Shown piece by piece: positions 28,366 through 37,104 of a DNA stretch of 64,000 nt. The DNA lies in the NCBI GenBank assembly GCA_965214055.1, contig OZ243931.1, positions 1,169,186 through 1,233,185 on the forward strand, written 5' to 3'. The notes beneath the pieces were generated by a model. The model was not told where the DNA came from and did no database searches. It worked only from the letters and a program-made list of their open reading frames with translations. The DNA comes from Candidatus Poriferihabitaceae bacterium. GTDB lineage: Bacteria > Pseudomonadota > Gammaproteobacteria > Arenicellales > Poriferihabitantaceae. The position numbers were made by a program, and so were the translations under genes. Position 1 is the stretch's first letter, and each line of letters begins with the position of its first letter.

Positions 28366-29805
28366 TCATGTCTTGATCTCTGTTGCCAGAGCGACCAGAT
28401 CGCTGGCGAAAAAGAACAGCAACACGCTGATGGCGGCGGTGATAACCAGCGCCGCAATCATGGATGCCCGGTTTTCCAGAAAACCACTGTCCGCATCCCC
28501 AGGCAGGAAAAATGCCCGGAACGGGATGGCGGCGAGATAGTACAGGTTCAGCAGCGAACTCACCATCAACACCACCAGCAATCCCACCTGTCCCCGTTCC
28601 AGCGTTCCCATGGCCAGGTACCATTTGCTCCAAAGACCCCCCGTCGGTGGCAATCCGCAAATGGACAACGACGCCACCAGAAATGCCCCGAACGTCCATG
28701 GCATCGCCCGGCCCAGGCCATTCATTTCAGAAACATATTTTTTGTTCGCAAAAACCATGATGGCCCCCGCACAGAAAAACAGGGTGATCTTGCCGAAGGC
28801 ATGCATGGTGATGTGTATGCTGCTGCCCACCATGGCCACCTGGTTCGCCAGCAGAGCCCCAAGAACGATATACGAGAGCTGGCTGACTGTGGAATAAGCC
28901 AGCCTGGCCTTGATATCATCCTGCTTCATGGCAATGGCGGATGCCAGCAGGATGGTAACCGCGGGAATCCACAGGATGAAATCATGCCGCAGCACGGATT
29001 CCAGGCTGTCAAAGCCAAAGGTGTACACGCTGATCTTCAGGATGGAAAACACCCCGGCCTTTACCACGGCCACGGCATGGAGCAGGGCGCTCACCGGGGC
29101 CGGGGCAACCATGGCATTGGGCAGCCAGCGGTGAAAGGGCATGACCGCCGCCTTGCCAATTCCGAATACAAACAGGAGCAGGAGTGCCGTGGTTGCCACC
29201 GGGCCCAGTGAACCGAGCACCCCGCCTGGCCTGAAAGACAGGGTGTCGCCGAAATTTCCCACAACGACCACCCCAAGCAGGAACATCAACACCGAAGTGG
29301 TGAGCAGCACCCCCAAATAGACCCGGCCCGCCGAGACGGCAGCGGGGGTACGGCTATGCGTTACCAGGGGCCAGGTGGAAAACGTCAGGATTTCATAAAA
29401 CAGGAACAGGGTGAACAGGTTTTCAGCGAACGCCACCCCCATCGCACTGCCCACAGCAATGCAGAACAGGGCATGAAACCGGGTCCGGTGTTCATCCCTG
29501 CACGCGTCCATGTACCCAATGGCATACACCGAAGTAATGGGCCACAGCACCCCGGCAGTCAGGGCGAAAATCAACCCCAGGGGCTCGACATGAAAGGCAA
29601 TCCGCAGACCCGGCAGGGTTTCCAGCAGGACCTGGGCTTCGGCATGGCTTCCCCGGTCAAGGGCAATGCAGATCAACACCGCCAGGTTGGCACAGCCGGT
29701 GGCGATCAGCGAAAAATTTCGCAACCGCCATGCCCGGCCGCCGGCAGCAACCACCAGTATGGCGCCAAGAAACGGAATGAAAACGGCGACGGCGGGGGGG
29801 ATCAT
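28366..29805 (-). CDS. MrpD/NuoN-family antiporter-like subunit (second paralogue)
   Basis: FLFYEILTFSTW, WLPNAMVAPAPVSALLHA and HITMHAFGKITLFF are present. The start was trimmed to MIPPAVAVF at 29805, giving an ATGA overlap with the upstream gene. Confidence 0.86.
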   Translation of the reverse strand: MIPPAVAVFIPFLGAILVVAAGGRAWRLRNFSLIATGCANLAVLICIALDRGSHAEAQVLLETLPGLRIAFHVEPLGLIFALTAGVLWPITSVYAIGYMDACRDEHRTRFHALFCIAVGSAMGVAFAENLFTLFLFYEILTFSTWPLVTHSRTPAAVSAGRVYLGVLLTTSVLMFLLGVVVVGNFGDTLSFRPGGVLGSLGPVATTALLLLFVFGIGKAAVMPFHRWLPNAMVAPAPVSALLHAVAVVKAGVFSILKISVYTFGFDSLESVLRHDFILWIPAVTILLASAIAMKQDDIKARLAYSTVSQLSYIVLGALLANQVAMVGSSIHITMHAFGKITLFFCAGAIMVFANKKYVSEMNGLGRAMPWTFGAFLVASLSICGLPPTGGLWSKWYLAMGTLERGQVGLLVVLMVSSLLNLYYLAAIPFRAFFLPGDADSGFLENRASMIAALVITAAISVLLFFFASDLVALATEIKT

Positions 29806-31310
29806 GGCCAGCCTCCCGGATTCAACAGGCCCAGCGCCGCGGACGACGCAAGTTCCGTAATCAGGGAGGCATTCAGCCCAAACCAGAGCGCCAACCCGGT
29901 CAGGATGCCCAGCGGCAGCCATTCCACCCAGTGGAGCGACGCCGCGGGGGTCTGCGGTTTCAGGATGGCGGGTTTTGCCCACATGATTTCGACGATTCTC
30001 CAGACATAGGCGGCACTGGCCAGGGACCCGGCGAGTATGGGGATGGCCAGCCACCACCAGCCCTTGTCAACCGCAGCGGTAACGAGCACCCATTTGCTGA
30101 CAAAACCCACCGTGCCTGGCAGGCCAATGAGACTGAGTCCACCGAAAAGCATGATATAGCTGGCAAACCGGTGCTGATGTGCCATGCTGCCGAGGTGCTT
30201 GATCCGTGCCGTCCCGGTCCGGGCAATGATAATCCCCACCGCCATGAAAATCGCCGTCTTGACAATGGCATGGTTAAACAGGTGGAGCAGGGCCGCCTCG
30301 ACCCCCAGCCGGGTCCCCAGACCGATTCCCATGACGATATACGAAACCTGGGCCACACTGGACCAGGCAAACATTCTTTTCAGATTGGACTCCCGCAAGG
30401 CAATGAGCGGCACCACCAGCAACCCGAAAATCGCAACGATAATCAAGACCGTGTCCAACGGCATTTCGATCAGGCCGAAATCCGCACCAAACAGGTCATG
30501 CAAAAACCGGATCATCACGTACAGGCCAACTTTCGTGGCCGTTCCCGACAACAGCACAGTCACGGAATTGGGAGCAAAGCTATAGGCATTCGGAAGCCAG
30601 TCGTGGAGGGGAAACAACGCACACTTCACCCCGACGCCGATAATGAAAAAAGCCAGAGCCAGGACAATCGTCCGGTCCGAACCCCTTTCCGCAATGATCC
30701 GGGACAGGTCTGAAATATTCAGTGTCCCGGTTTGCATGTAGAGCAATCCGATGGACAACAGTATGAAGGTGGCCCCCACGGCTCCTGCCACCAGGTACCG
30801 GAATGCGGACAACAAGGCGAGGGGGTTCCGGCCACAACTGATGAGTGTATAGGTGGCCAGGGAACTGATTTCCAGAAACACGAAAACGTTGAACGCATCG
30901 TTGGTGACCACCATGCCATTGAGACCGGCGATGCACAACAACCAGGAAGTATAGAATGCCGGCCTGGCGGCGGCCCCCAGATTGTCGTCCTTCCTGCCCA
31001 GGCAAAATATCGATGCCAGCATATGGACCAGGTTAATCGTAAACAGGACAAAAACGGTCAGCATGTCGACCCGGTATTCGATTCCCCAGGGGGCGGCCCA
31101 CCCCCCCAGATCATAGATGATGACTGGCTGCTGCTGCACCAGCCCTGCCAGTCCCAGGGTCATCGCCAGCATGGTCCCAGCGGTCAGCACCATGATCCCC
31201 CGGGCCAGCCTCCGACTGCCCAGGATTACGCAAAACGGGGCGACAAGAAGCGGGACAACAACCTGCAGGACGGGCAGGTGGTTCTCCAGCAGGGGGATAA
31301 ATGAATCCAT
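29802..31310 (-). CDS. MrpD/NuoN-family antiporter-like subunit (first paralogue)
   Basis: FVFLEISSLATY, WLPNAYSFAPNSVTVLLSG and HLFNHAIVKTAIFM are present. The start overlaps the mrpC stop (TGATG). Confidence 0.86.
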   Translation of the reverse strand: MDSFIPLLENHLPVLQVVVPLLVAPFCVILGSRRLARGIMVLTAGTMLAMTLGLAGLVQQQPVIIYDLGGWAAPWGIEYRVDMLTVFVLFTINLVHMLASIFCLGRKDDNLGAAARPAFYTSWLLCIAGLNGMVVTNDAFNVFVFLEISSLATYTLISCGRNPLALLSAFRYLVAGAVGATFILLSIGLLYMQTGTLNISDLSRIIAERGSDRTIVLALAFFIIGVGVKCALFPLHDWLPNAYSFAPNSVTVLLSGTATKVGLYVMIRFLHDLFGADFGLIEMPLDTVLIIVAIFGLLVVPLIALRESNLKRMFAWSSVAQVSYIVMGIGLGTRLGVEAALLHLFNHAIVKTAIFMAVGIIIARTGTARIKHLGSMAHQHRFASYIMLFGGLSLIGLPGTVGFVSKWVLVTAAVDKGWWWLAIPILAGSLASAAYVWRIVEIMWAKPAILKPQTPAASLHWVEWLPLGILTGLALWFGLNASLITELASSAALGLLNPGGWP

Positions 31311-31678
31311 CAGGGGACGATCTCCGGCTCTACTTCCGGTTTGTCATCGATTTCATCTTCGTCAATCGTGCCATATGCGTGGCGTATCCTCGTGATCAGG
31401 GCAAGCCCCACCGCTGTGGTGGCCACGCCGACCACGATTGCGGTGAGAATCAGGACATGGGGCACGGGGTTGCTGTAAACGGATACCGCCGCATCCAGGA
31501 TCGGGGCACTGCCGCCTGATTTCTTGCCCATGGAGATAAAGACCAGGAACACGGCAGACTGAAAAATTCCCAGACCCACCAGTTTCTTCACCAGATTGCG
31601 GCTGTCAAGGACAATGATCAGCCCGCATACCAGCAGTATCAGCGCGACCCAGTAATTCAATAGCCCGGGGAAACTCAT
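31310..31678 (-). CDS. mrpC: Mrp antiporter subunit C (NuoK-like)
   Basis: The protein is 122 aa with three TM helices, including GLGIFQSAVFLVFISMG and VPHVLILTAIVVGVATTAVGLAL. There is an ATGA overlap with the upstream mrpB-like gene. Confidence 0.85.
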   Translation of the reverse strand: MSFPGLLNYWVALILLVCGLIIVLDSRNLVKKLVGLGIFQSAVFLVFISMGKKSGGSAPILDAAVSVYSNPVPHVLILTAIVVGVATTAVGLALITRIRHAYGTIDEDEIDDKPEVEPEIVP

Positions 31679-32658
31679 TCTTCCCCCTGTTTGAAACAAT
31701 AATAGAGGGACACCATGGTGCATGAAACCGTCAAGCCGACGCCCAGCTCAATGAGGATGATCCCCAGGTGCTGTCCTGCGGTCCGGGTGTCCCCGAGGAC
31801 CGAATAGTCCAGAAAATTGGCTCCCAGAAACAACCCTGCAACACCAACAAATCCATACAGCAGCACCCCCAGTGCCATCCCCAGGATGACCCACCTGTCT
31901 GAAAGGATTCGTTTCAGCCTCGTCGCGGTGGAAAGCAAGCCATAGGTAATCAACCCGGCCCCCAAAATGACCCCCGCCTGGAAGCCGCCCCCGGGACCGT
32001 AGTCCCCGTGGAACTGTACGTACAGGCCAAACAGGACCACCAGGGGGATCATTCGAAGCAGAACGGTTTTCAACACCGGGTTCGCCATCAGTTCCGGCCC
32101 GGCCCGGCCCTGGGCCCCGGGTGTTTCGGGCGCCTCCCTGTCTTTCGAGCGCAACAGCAAAACCGCCATTCCTGCGGTAAAGATGACCACGACTTCGCCG
32201 AGGGTGTCATACCCCCGATAGCTGGCCAACACCGAAGTGACCACATTGGGGATTCCGATTTCTTCCATGGATTGTCCCAGAAACCGGAGGGCAAGATGCT
32301 GGTGCGCCGGCGCCATGGGGTCCCCGTACATCGGCATGTCCAGCGTGCCGGCCAGCAACAGCACGCCCACCCCCACACCGAGCAGTATGGCCCGGGAAGA
32401 CGGCCATGAAACCACCACCCGGGGTTCATCCTCGGGACGGATCACGGCAAAAAACAATATGGAGGAAATCCCTGCGCCCACCGCCGCTTCCGTAAACGCA
32501 ACGTCCACGGCATCGAGGATGACAAACAGGGTGCAAATGGTAATGCTGTAAATTCCGGACAGAAGAACCAGTGACACCGGGCTTTGAATGTAGACAATGA
32601 CCAGGGTGACCGTCAGCAACAGACAAAGCAGCCCCACATCCGCGACAAGATTGATCAT
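31675..32658 (-). CDS. mrpB: Mrp subunit B fused to an MrpA C-terminal-like (DUF4040) domain
   Basis: The N-terminal part has LDAVDVAFTEAAVGAGISS (DUF4040-like). The C-terminal part has FHGDYGPGGGFQAGVILG (MnhB signature). Confidence 0.8.
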   Translation of the reverse strand: MINLVADVGLLCLLLTVTLVIVYIQSPVSLVLLSGIYSITICTLFVILDAVDVAFTEAAVGAGISSILFFAVIRPEDEPRVVVSWPSSRAILLGVGVGVLLLAGTLDMPMYGDPMAPAHQHLALRFLGQSMEEIGIPNVVTSVLASYRGYDTLGEVVVIFTAGMAVLLLRSKDREAPETPGAQGRAGPELMANPVLKTVLLRMIPLVVLFGLYVQFHGDYGPGGGFQAGVILGAGLITYGLLSTATRLKRILSDRWVILGMALGVLLYGFVGVAGLFLGANFLDYSVLGDTRTAGQHLGIILIELGVGLTVSCTMVSLYYCFKQGEE

Positions 32659-32978
32659 CTCGTGATATCCGTGGAACCGCCGCCGCCGGATTGGTCCCGG
32701 TCCATTCCAGGTCGCAATGCGGCTTTGGCCAGTGCATGGGTGGTCATCGGTGACAGAAAGAATATCAGCACACCAATCAGTGCAACCTTAAAGGCAACCA
32801 CAACCGATCCGGACAGCACCAGCATGCCGAGCAACATCAGCCCGGCCCCCAGGGTGTCAACAATGCTGGCACTGTGCAGCCGGCAGAAAAAATCCGGGAA
32901 CCGAAGCAGGCCGACCCCCCCTACCAGCACCGTCAGGACGCCCAGAAGAAGCAATATGCCGCCGAAAATGTCAATCAT
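32655..32978 (-). CDS. mrpG: Mrp antiporter subunit G
   Basis: GGVGLLRFPDFFCRLHSASIVDTLG is the MnhG/PhaG signature. The protein is 107 aa. Confidence 0.85.
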   Translation of the reverse strand: MIDIFGGILLLLGVLTVLVGGVGLLRFPDFFCRLHSASIVDTLGAGLMLLGMLVLSGSVVVAFKVALIGVLIFFLSPMTTHALAKAALRPGMDRDQSGGGGSTDITR

Positions 32979-33249
32979 TGGCGGACACCGTGTTTCGGTT
33001 CAGGTAATTGACCAGGGCCAGGGAGGTGACATAGTTCACCAGTGCATACAGCAGCGCGATGTCAATATATTCGGGGTGTCCCGTGGCAAACAGGTAAACC
33101 GAAATGAAAAGAATGCTCTTGGAAGTGAATGTATTGGCGGCCAGCATGCGGTCAAACCATGTCGGACCGATGCCGGCACGCCATAGCGAGAGCAGCCCTG
33201 CAATCAACAGCAACACCAGCACAATGAGATAGAGGGCTTCCATCATCAT
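32971..33249 (-). CDS. mrpF: Mrp antiporter subunit F
   Basis: The 92-aa, 3-TM protein has WRAGIGPTWFDRMLA and DIALLYALVNYV, typical of MnhF. The call also rests on its position between the E and G subunits. Confidence 0.8.
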   Translation of the reverse strand: MMMEALYLIVLVLLLIAGLLSLWRAGIGPTWFDRMLAANTFTSKSILFISVYLFATGHPEYIDIALLYALVNYVTSLALVNYLNRNTVSAND

Positions 33250-33734
33250 TCCGGCTGGTCCGATGCCCCGGGGTTTAAATGCAGCACTTTCCCGCGCATC
33301 TTGTTGTCCGCCAGCCCCTGCCGGGAACTTTCAAGCAGGGCGTGAACCTGGATTTCATTCTCGCCGACATCCGTACTCACGGTCCCCGGGGTGAGGGTGA
33401 TGGAATTCGCATAAATCACACGGCCGATTTCATCCAGGGACCCCGTCTTTACCTTGAAGAATTGCGGTGAAATTTTTCCCGGGGAAATCACGGCACCGAT
33501 CACCTGCACATTCGATTTGAATATCTGCACCAGCAGCCAACCCAGGTAATTCAGCTGCCTGATGGGGTGGAACCTGATTTCCGGATGGGATGAATCCATG
33601 GAAATCCTGTGGTATATCCAGCAACAGGCCAGGCAGGACGCCAGGCCAAGAGAAAGCAGCAGACCGGTATAGTACCCGGACAGCAGACACCAGATTCCCG
33701 CGAGAACGATGAGCAGAATGGATGGACGACGCAT
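33246..33734 (-). CDS. mrpE: Mrp antiporter subunit E
   Basis: The protein is 162 aa with two N-terminal TM helices, followed by ANSITLTPGTVS, characteristic of MnhE. It is the first gene of the cluster. Confidence 0.8.
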   Translation of the reverse strand: MRRPSILLIVLAGIWCLLSGYYTGLLLSLGLASCLACCWIYHRISMDSSHPEIRFHPIRQLNYLGWLLVQIFKSNVQVIGAVISPGKISPQFFKVKTGSLDEIGRVIYANSITLTPGTVSTDVGENEIQVHALLESSRQGLADNKMRGKVLHLNPGASDQPE

Positions 33735-33922
33735 CAGCCGTTTACGCCCGGGATTTGCCGGTCTGGTCCACCTTGCATTTCCTCAACAAATCCCCGTCCC
33801 GCCCAGGGGTTCCGGATCACCACGGCAACCCCTGTCATGACCCACGGCGGGTCCGCAGCCTTGCCGCCCTCGATATAGGTCTCCTCCACATACCGCACCA
33901 TTTTTCGGATGTGAAGCGTCAT
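33734..33922 (-). pseudogene. truncated N-terminal relic (~50 conserved aa) of an 'amino acid synthesis' family (AA_synth/DUF1185-like) gene
   Basis: MTLHIRKMVRYVEETYIEGGKAADPPWVMTGVAVVIRNPWAGRGFVEE follows the family N-terminal pattern (IRK...E...E.G...P...A.VIRNP.AGR..ED). Similarity is then lost and a stop occurs at the mrpE start. Full-length members are ~190 aa. Confidence 0.55.
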
Positions 33923-34081
33923 GCCCTGCAGACCCGGAAACCCGGACCCCTGCCCCAGGCCGACGACTGGCCCGGAGCTCGACCAAACAGAAAACACCTT
34001 GATTCAACCTGTACCATTTTCCTGTCTATTAGGGCGTTATGGTAGTGTGCCTGACTCAACAGCCCGGTACATCAAAAGCCT

Positions 34082-34678
34082 TTACATATCCATCCATGTT
34101 GTGGCGACAAAAACGATAAATCCAATATATACCGTTGCGGTGAGAATTATAACAATTCTCAGCCGTGTTGTTTTTACCCGTTTGGTTCCGTTTCCTTTTC
34201 CCCTCCAGAGAAAAACAGCGCCAAAAAGGAAGCTCGTCATTTCCACGAAAACGACGATGTTGCCGTAGTGCCCAGGGTCCCAGTAGGAAACCGGGCTGCG
34301 GAACCGGAACTCTGAAAACGGAAAAAAATGCCGGTGACCATCATCATGGTGAACCGGAAAATCCAGCAGACAATGAATCATCATGCTGGCAAACAGCAGG
34401 GCCCAGGCCCTGTGCTGTTTATACCAGGCAACGGCCAGGGCGATACCCAGCAGCGGCAGTGAATTCGTGGTATCAAACAGGTTTTGCCAGAATGGCCGGT
34501 AATAATGATCCTGCCAAATCACCTGCTCCGGGATCCCCAGCAATTTTTCGTAGGCGTAAAACAGAATCATGAACAGATCCGGCAACACCGCCCCCGCTGC
34601 GATGGCCAGGGCAAACTTCGCGGCATTCTCCCGGCCAAGCAGGACCAGGCTGTAAATCACGTGGGCGGGGGTATTCAT
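34082..34678 (-). CDS. polytopic membrane protein, possibly DUF457/YdjM-type metal-dependent hydrolase
   Basis: The protein is 198 aa with about 5 hydrophobic segments and His-rich motifs (HCLLDFPVHHDDGHRHF). The family assignment is tentative. Confidence 0.45.
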   Translation of the reverse strand: MNTPAHVIYSLVLLGRENAAKFALAIAAGAVLPDLFMILFYAYEKLLGIPEQVIWQDHYYRPFWQNLFDTTNSLPLLGIALAVAWYKQHRAWALLFASMMIHCLLDFPVHHDDGHRHFFPFSEFRFRSPVSYWDPGHYGNIVVFVEMTSFLFGAVFLWRGKGNGTKRVKTTRLRIVIILTATVYIGFIVFVATTWMDM

Positions 34679-34815
34679 GTCAATGGTTTGTGCCGGCTTC
34701 TCATGTTGCGGTTTAAAGTGATACCCGTTGCCCCGGTAGTGGATTAAAATAGGTCACCGCAACACATAGTGAACCGTTGTTCCTTCCAGATTGCCATTGA
34801 CCCGGAAACTTATCC

Positions 34816-35838
34816 ATGACTGATCCCGTAATTGATTTGAGAAGCGATACTGTAACCCAACCCTGTGCAGGCATGAAACGCGCCATGCTGGACGCTGTCC
34901 TGGGGGACGATGTATACGGGGAAGACCCCACCGTCACCGCTCTTCAGAAACACCTTGCAGGGTTAACCGGGCATGAAGCGGCCCTGTACTTTCCTTCGGG
35001 GACCCAAAGCAACCTGGTTGCCCTGCTCAGTCATTGCCAGCGCGGCGATGAGTATATTGTTGCCCAGAATGCGCACACCTACCGATACGAAGGCGGTGGC
35101 GCAGCCGTGCTGGGGGGCATTCAGCCCCAGCCTCTGGAACGGCAGCCCGATGGCATTCTCGATCTGGCACAGGTTGAACAGGCCATCAAGACCGAAGACA
35201 TCCATTTCGCCAGGACACGACTCCTGGCACTTGAAAACACCACTACCGAAGGACGGGTGATCCCCACGGCCTACATCCAGGAAGCCCGGGACCTTTGCAA
35301 GACACATCATCTGGGCCTTCATCTCGATGGCGCCAGGGTCTTCAATGCGGCGGTACAGCTTGGCGTGGAGGTTTCCGAGATCACCCACCTGTTTGATTCC
35401 GTTTCCGTTTGCCTTTCCAAGGGGCTGGGCGCCCCGGTGGGATCGGTGTTATGCGGATCAACGGATTTCATCCGGCGGGCCCTGCATTGGCGAAAAACCG
35501 TTGGCGGCGGTATGCGACAGTCCGGAATGCTTGCCGCTGCGGGGCTATTCGCCCTTGAAAACAATGTTGGCCGCCTGCAGGAAGATCATGATCTGGCCCG
35601 CTGTTTGTGGGAAAAGCTTAAGCGGTTTCAGGACATTCATTTTATCCATGGAAGTGCCCATACCAACATCCTGTTCCTTGAACTCTACAGCGGCCAAAAT
35701 GAAGGGTTTCTGGAATTCGGCCGGGACAACAATGTTTTGTTTGGTGGTCGCAGCCCCATGCGTATGGTGACCCACAAGGACCTCTGCAGGGAGGATATCG
35801 AAATGGCCGTAGATCGGCTTTCCGGGTTTTTTCGTTAA
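34816..35838 (+). CDS. ltaE: low-specificity L-threonine aldolase
   Basis: IDLRSDTVTQP, LGDDVYGEDPT, FPSGTQSN and CLSKGLGAPVGS (PLP Lys) are present. Confidence 0.88.
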   Translation: MTDPVIDLRSDTVTQPCAGMKRAMLDAVLGDDVYGEDPTVTALQKHLAGLTGHEAALYFPSGTQSNLVALLSHCQRGDEYIVAQNAHTYRYEGGGAAVLGGIQPQPLERQPDGILDLAQVEQAIKTEDIHFARTRLLALENTTTEGRVIPTAYIQEARDLCKTHHLGLHLDGARVFNAAVQLGVEVSEITHLFDSVSVCLSKGLGAPVGSVLCGSTDFIRRALHWRKTVGGGMRQSGMLAAAGLFALENNVGRLQEDHDLARCLWEKLKRFQDIHFIHGSAHTNILFLELYSGQNEGFLEFGRDNNVLFGGRSPMRMVTHKDLCREDIEMAVDRLSGFFR

Positions 35839-36875
35839 GACCCCGACCCCGGCGGAATGCCGGAAGCGTGGTGGGAGCTCCAGGCCGCAGAAGGCAAGAT
35901 TCTCCCCGTCAATATCCCCTGGCTGTTCATGATTTCCGGCTGGAAATACCGGCTCAAGCCCTGATAGGTGGAATCGTCCAGCACCCCCATTCGTTTCAGC
36001 AGTGCCCCCAGAGCCACCTCGCTTCCCCGGGATGCCCCATCATCGATCTTGAGTGCAAATCCCAGTCCCTGCCCTGGAACGATCCCCGTATAAACCGCTT
36101 CGGCACCGGTTTTAACAATGATTTTTCCTGAAGTTGCCACCAGGACTGCCGTATCGCATCGGTCCGTGCCCGCGATCATCCCGGGGTGGGAAACAATGGC
36201 CTGGATTATTTTCAACATGGCCTGCCCCCTTCTGCCCCCCACCCTGCCCGGCCTGGCAAACAATGCACACCCATGTGCCAGCCGTTCCATGGGCATGCAA
36301 AGGGCAGGCAACCCGCAGCCGTCCCGTTCCCACCCCAGCCCCCGGACATCCGTCTCCACCAATTCGGACAGGGTGTTCATCCAGGCAATCTGGGTGGGAT
36401 GGTCATAGTCGCTGTAGCCCCGGGTGCCGGCCTGGATATATTTTGAAAGCGTAAGCATGCCCGCATGTTTTCCCGAGCAGTTGTGGTGCACCCGGGTCGG
36501 GCCGGATTGACTGGAAATCATCCGGGATTTTGCCGGATCAAACATGGGGAACGCCGGCCCGTTTTCGAGATCACTGGCTGACAGGCCCAACCGGACCAGC
36601 CATTTTTCCACCCCGGACGCGTGCCTGTCCTCACCATTGTGAGACGCACAGGCCAGCGTGATCTCTTCGTCGGTCAACCCGTATTTCCCCGCCGCGCCCG
36701 ACTCGATCAGGGGGATGGCCTGAAACAGCTTCAGGGCGGACCGGGGATACAGGTTTCGTTCGATATTGCCAATTGAAAATACCGTTTCCCCGGTGTCCCT
36801 GACCACGATGGCACTGCCGCGGTGGCAGGACTCCACCTCATTCCCGCGATAAACCTCAACCAGGACCGGGTTCAT
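35835..36875 (-). CDS. asparaginase II family (PF06089-like) protein
   Basis: MNPVLVEVYRGNEVESCHRGSAIVV, RSALKLFQA, ASHNGE and HNCSGKHAGML are present. The start was trimmed from 37181, whose extension overlaps the proS start region, to 36875. Confidence 0.8.
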   Translation of the reverse strand: MNPVLVEVYRGNEVESCHRGSAIVVRDTGETVFSIGNIERNLYPRSALKLFQAIPLIESGAAGKYGLTDEEITLACASHNGEDRHASGVEKWLVRLGLSASDLENGPAFPMFDPAKSRMISSQSGPTRVHHNCSGKHAGMLTLSKYIQAGTRGYSDYDHPTQIAWMNTLSELVETDVRGLGWERDGCGLPALCMPMERLAHGCALFARPGRVGGRRGQAMLKIIQAIVSHPGMIAGTDRCDTAVLVATSGKIIVKTGAEAVYTGIVPGQGLGFALKIDDGASRGSEVALGALLKRMGVLDDSTYQGLSRYFQPEIMNSQGILTGRILPSAAWSSHHASGIPPGSGS

Positions 36876-37104
36876 GTACGGCCCTTCGCCCAATGATTTC
36901 TTTGACTGGTGGTTCCACAACGCAATTTCTCCCCCGGGACAGTACCCACAACATGTCAGCACCATGGCCGACTGTACAATCTTTATAGCACATGTCAAAA
37001 CAGGGAGGCGGCGCAAAATCGGCCGCGGCAATGATTGCATCCACATGCAATAAACCGTATAACGTAACGTCCCGTTTACGATCACACTGCCGACCCCCGA
37101 GAAC

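Noticed and set aside
26238-31310. The MrpD/NuoL-like paralogues could be DabB-type subunits of a DAB inorganic-carbon pump.
   Set aside because: No DabA (large PF10070-type) partner is adjacent. The genes are embedded with MrpE/F/G/B/C, which points to an Mrp-type complex.
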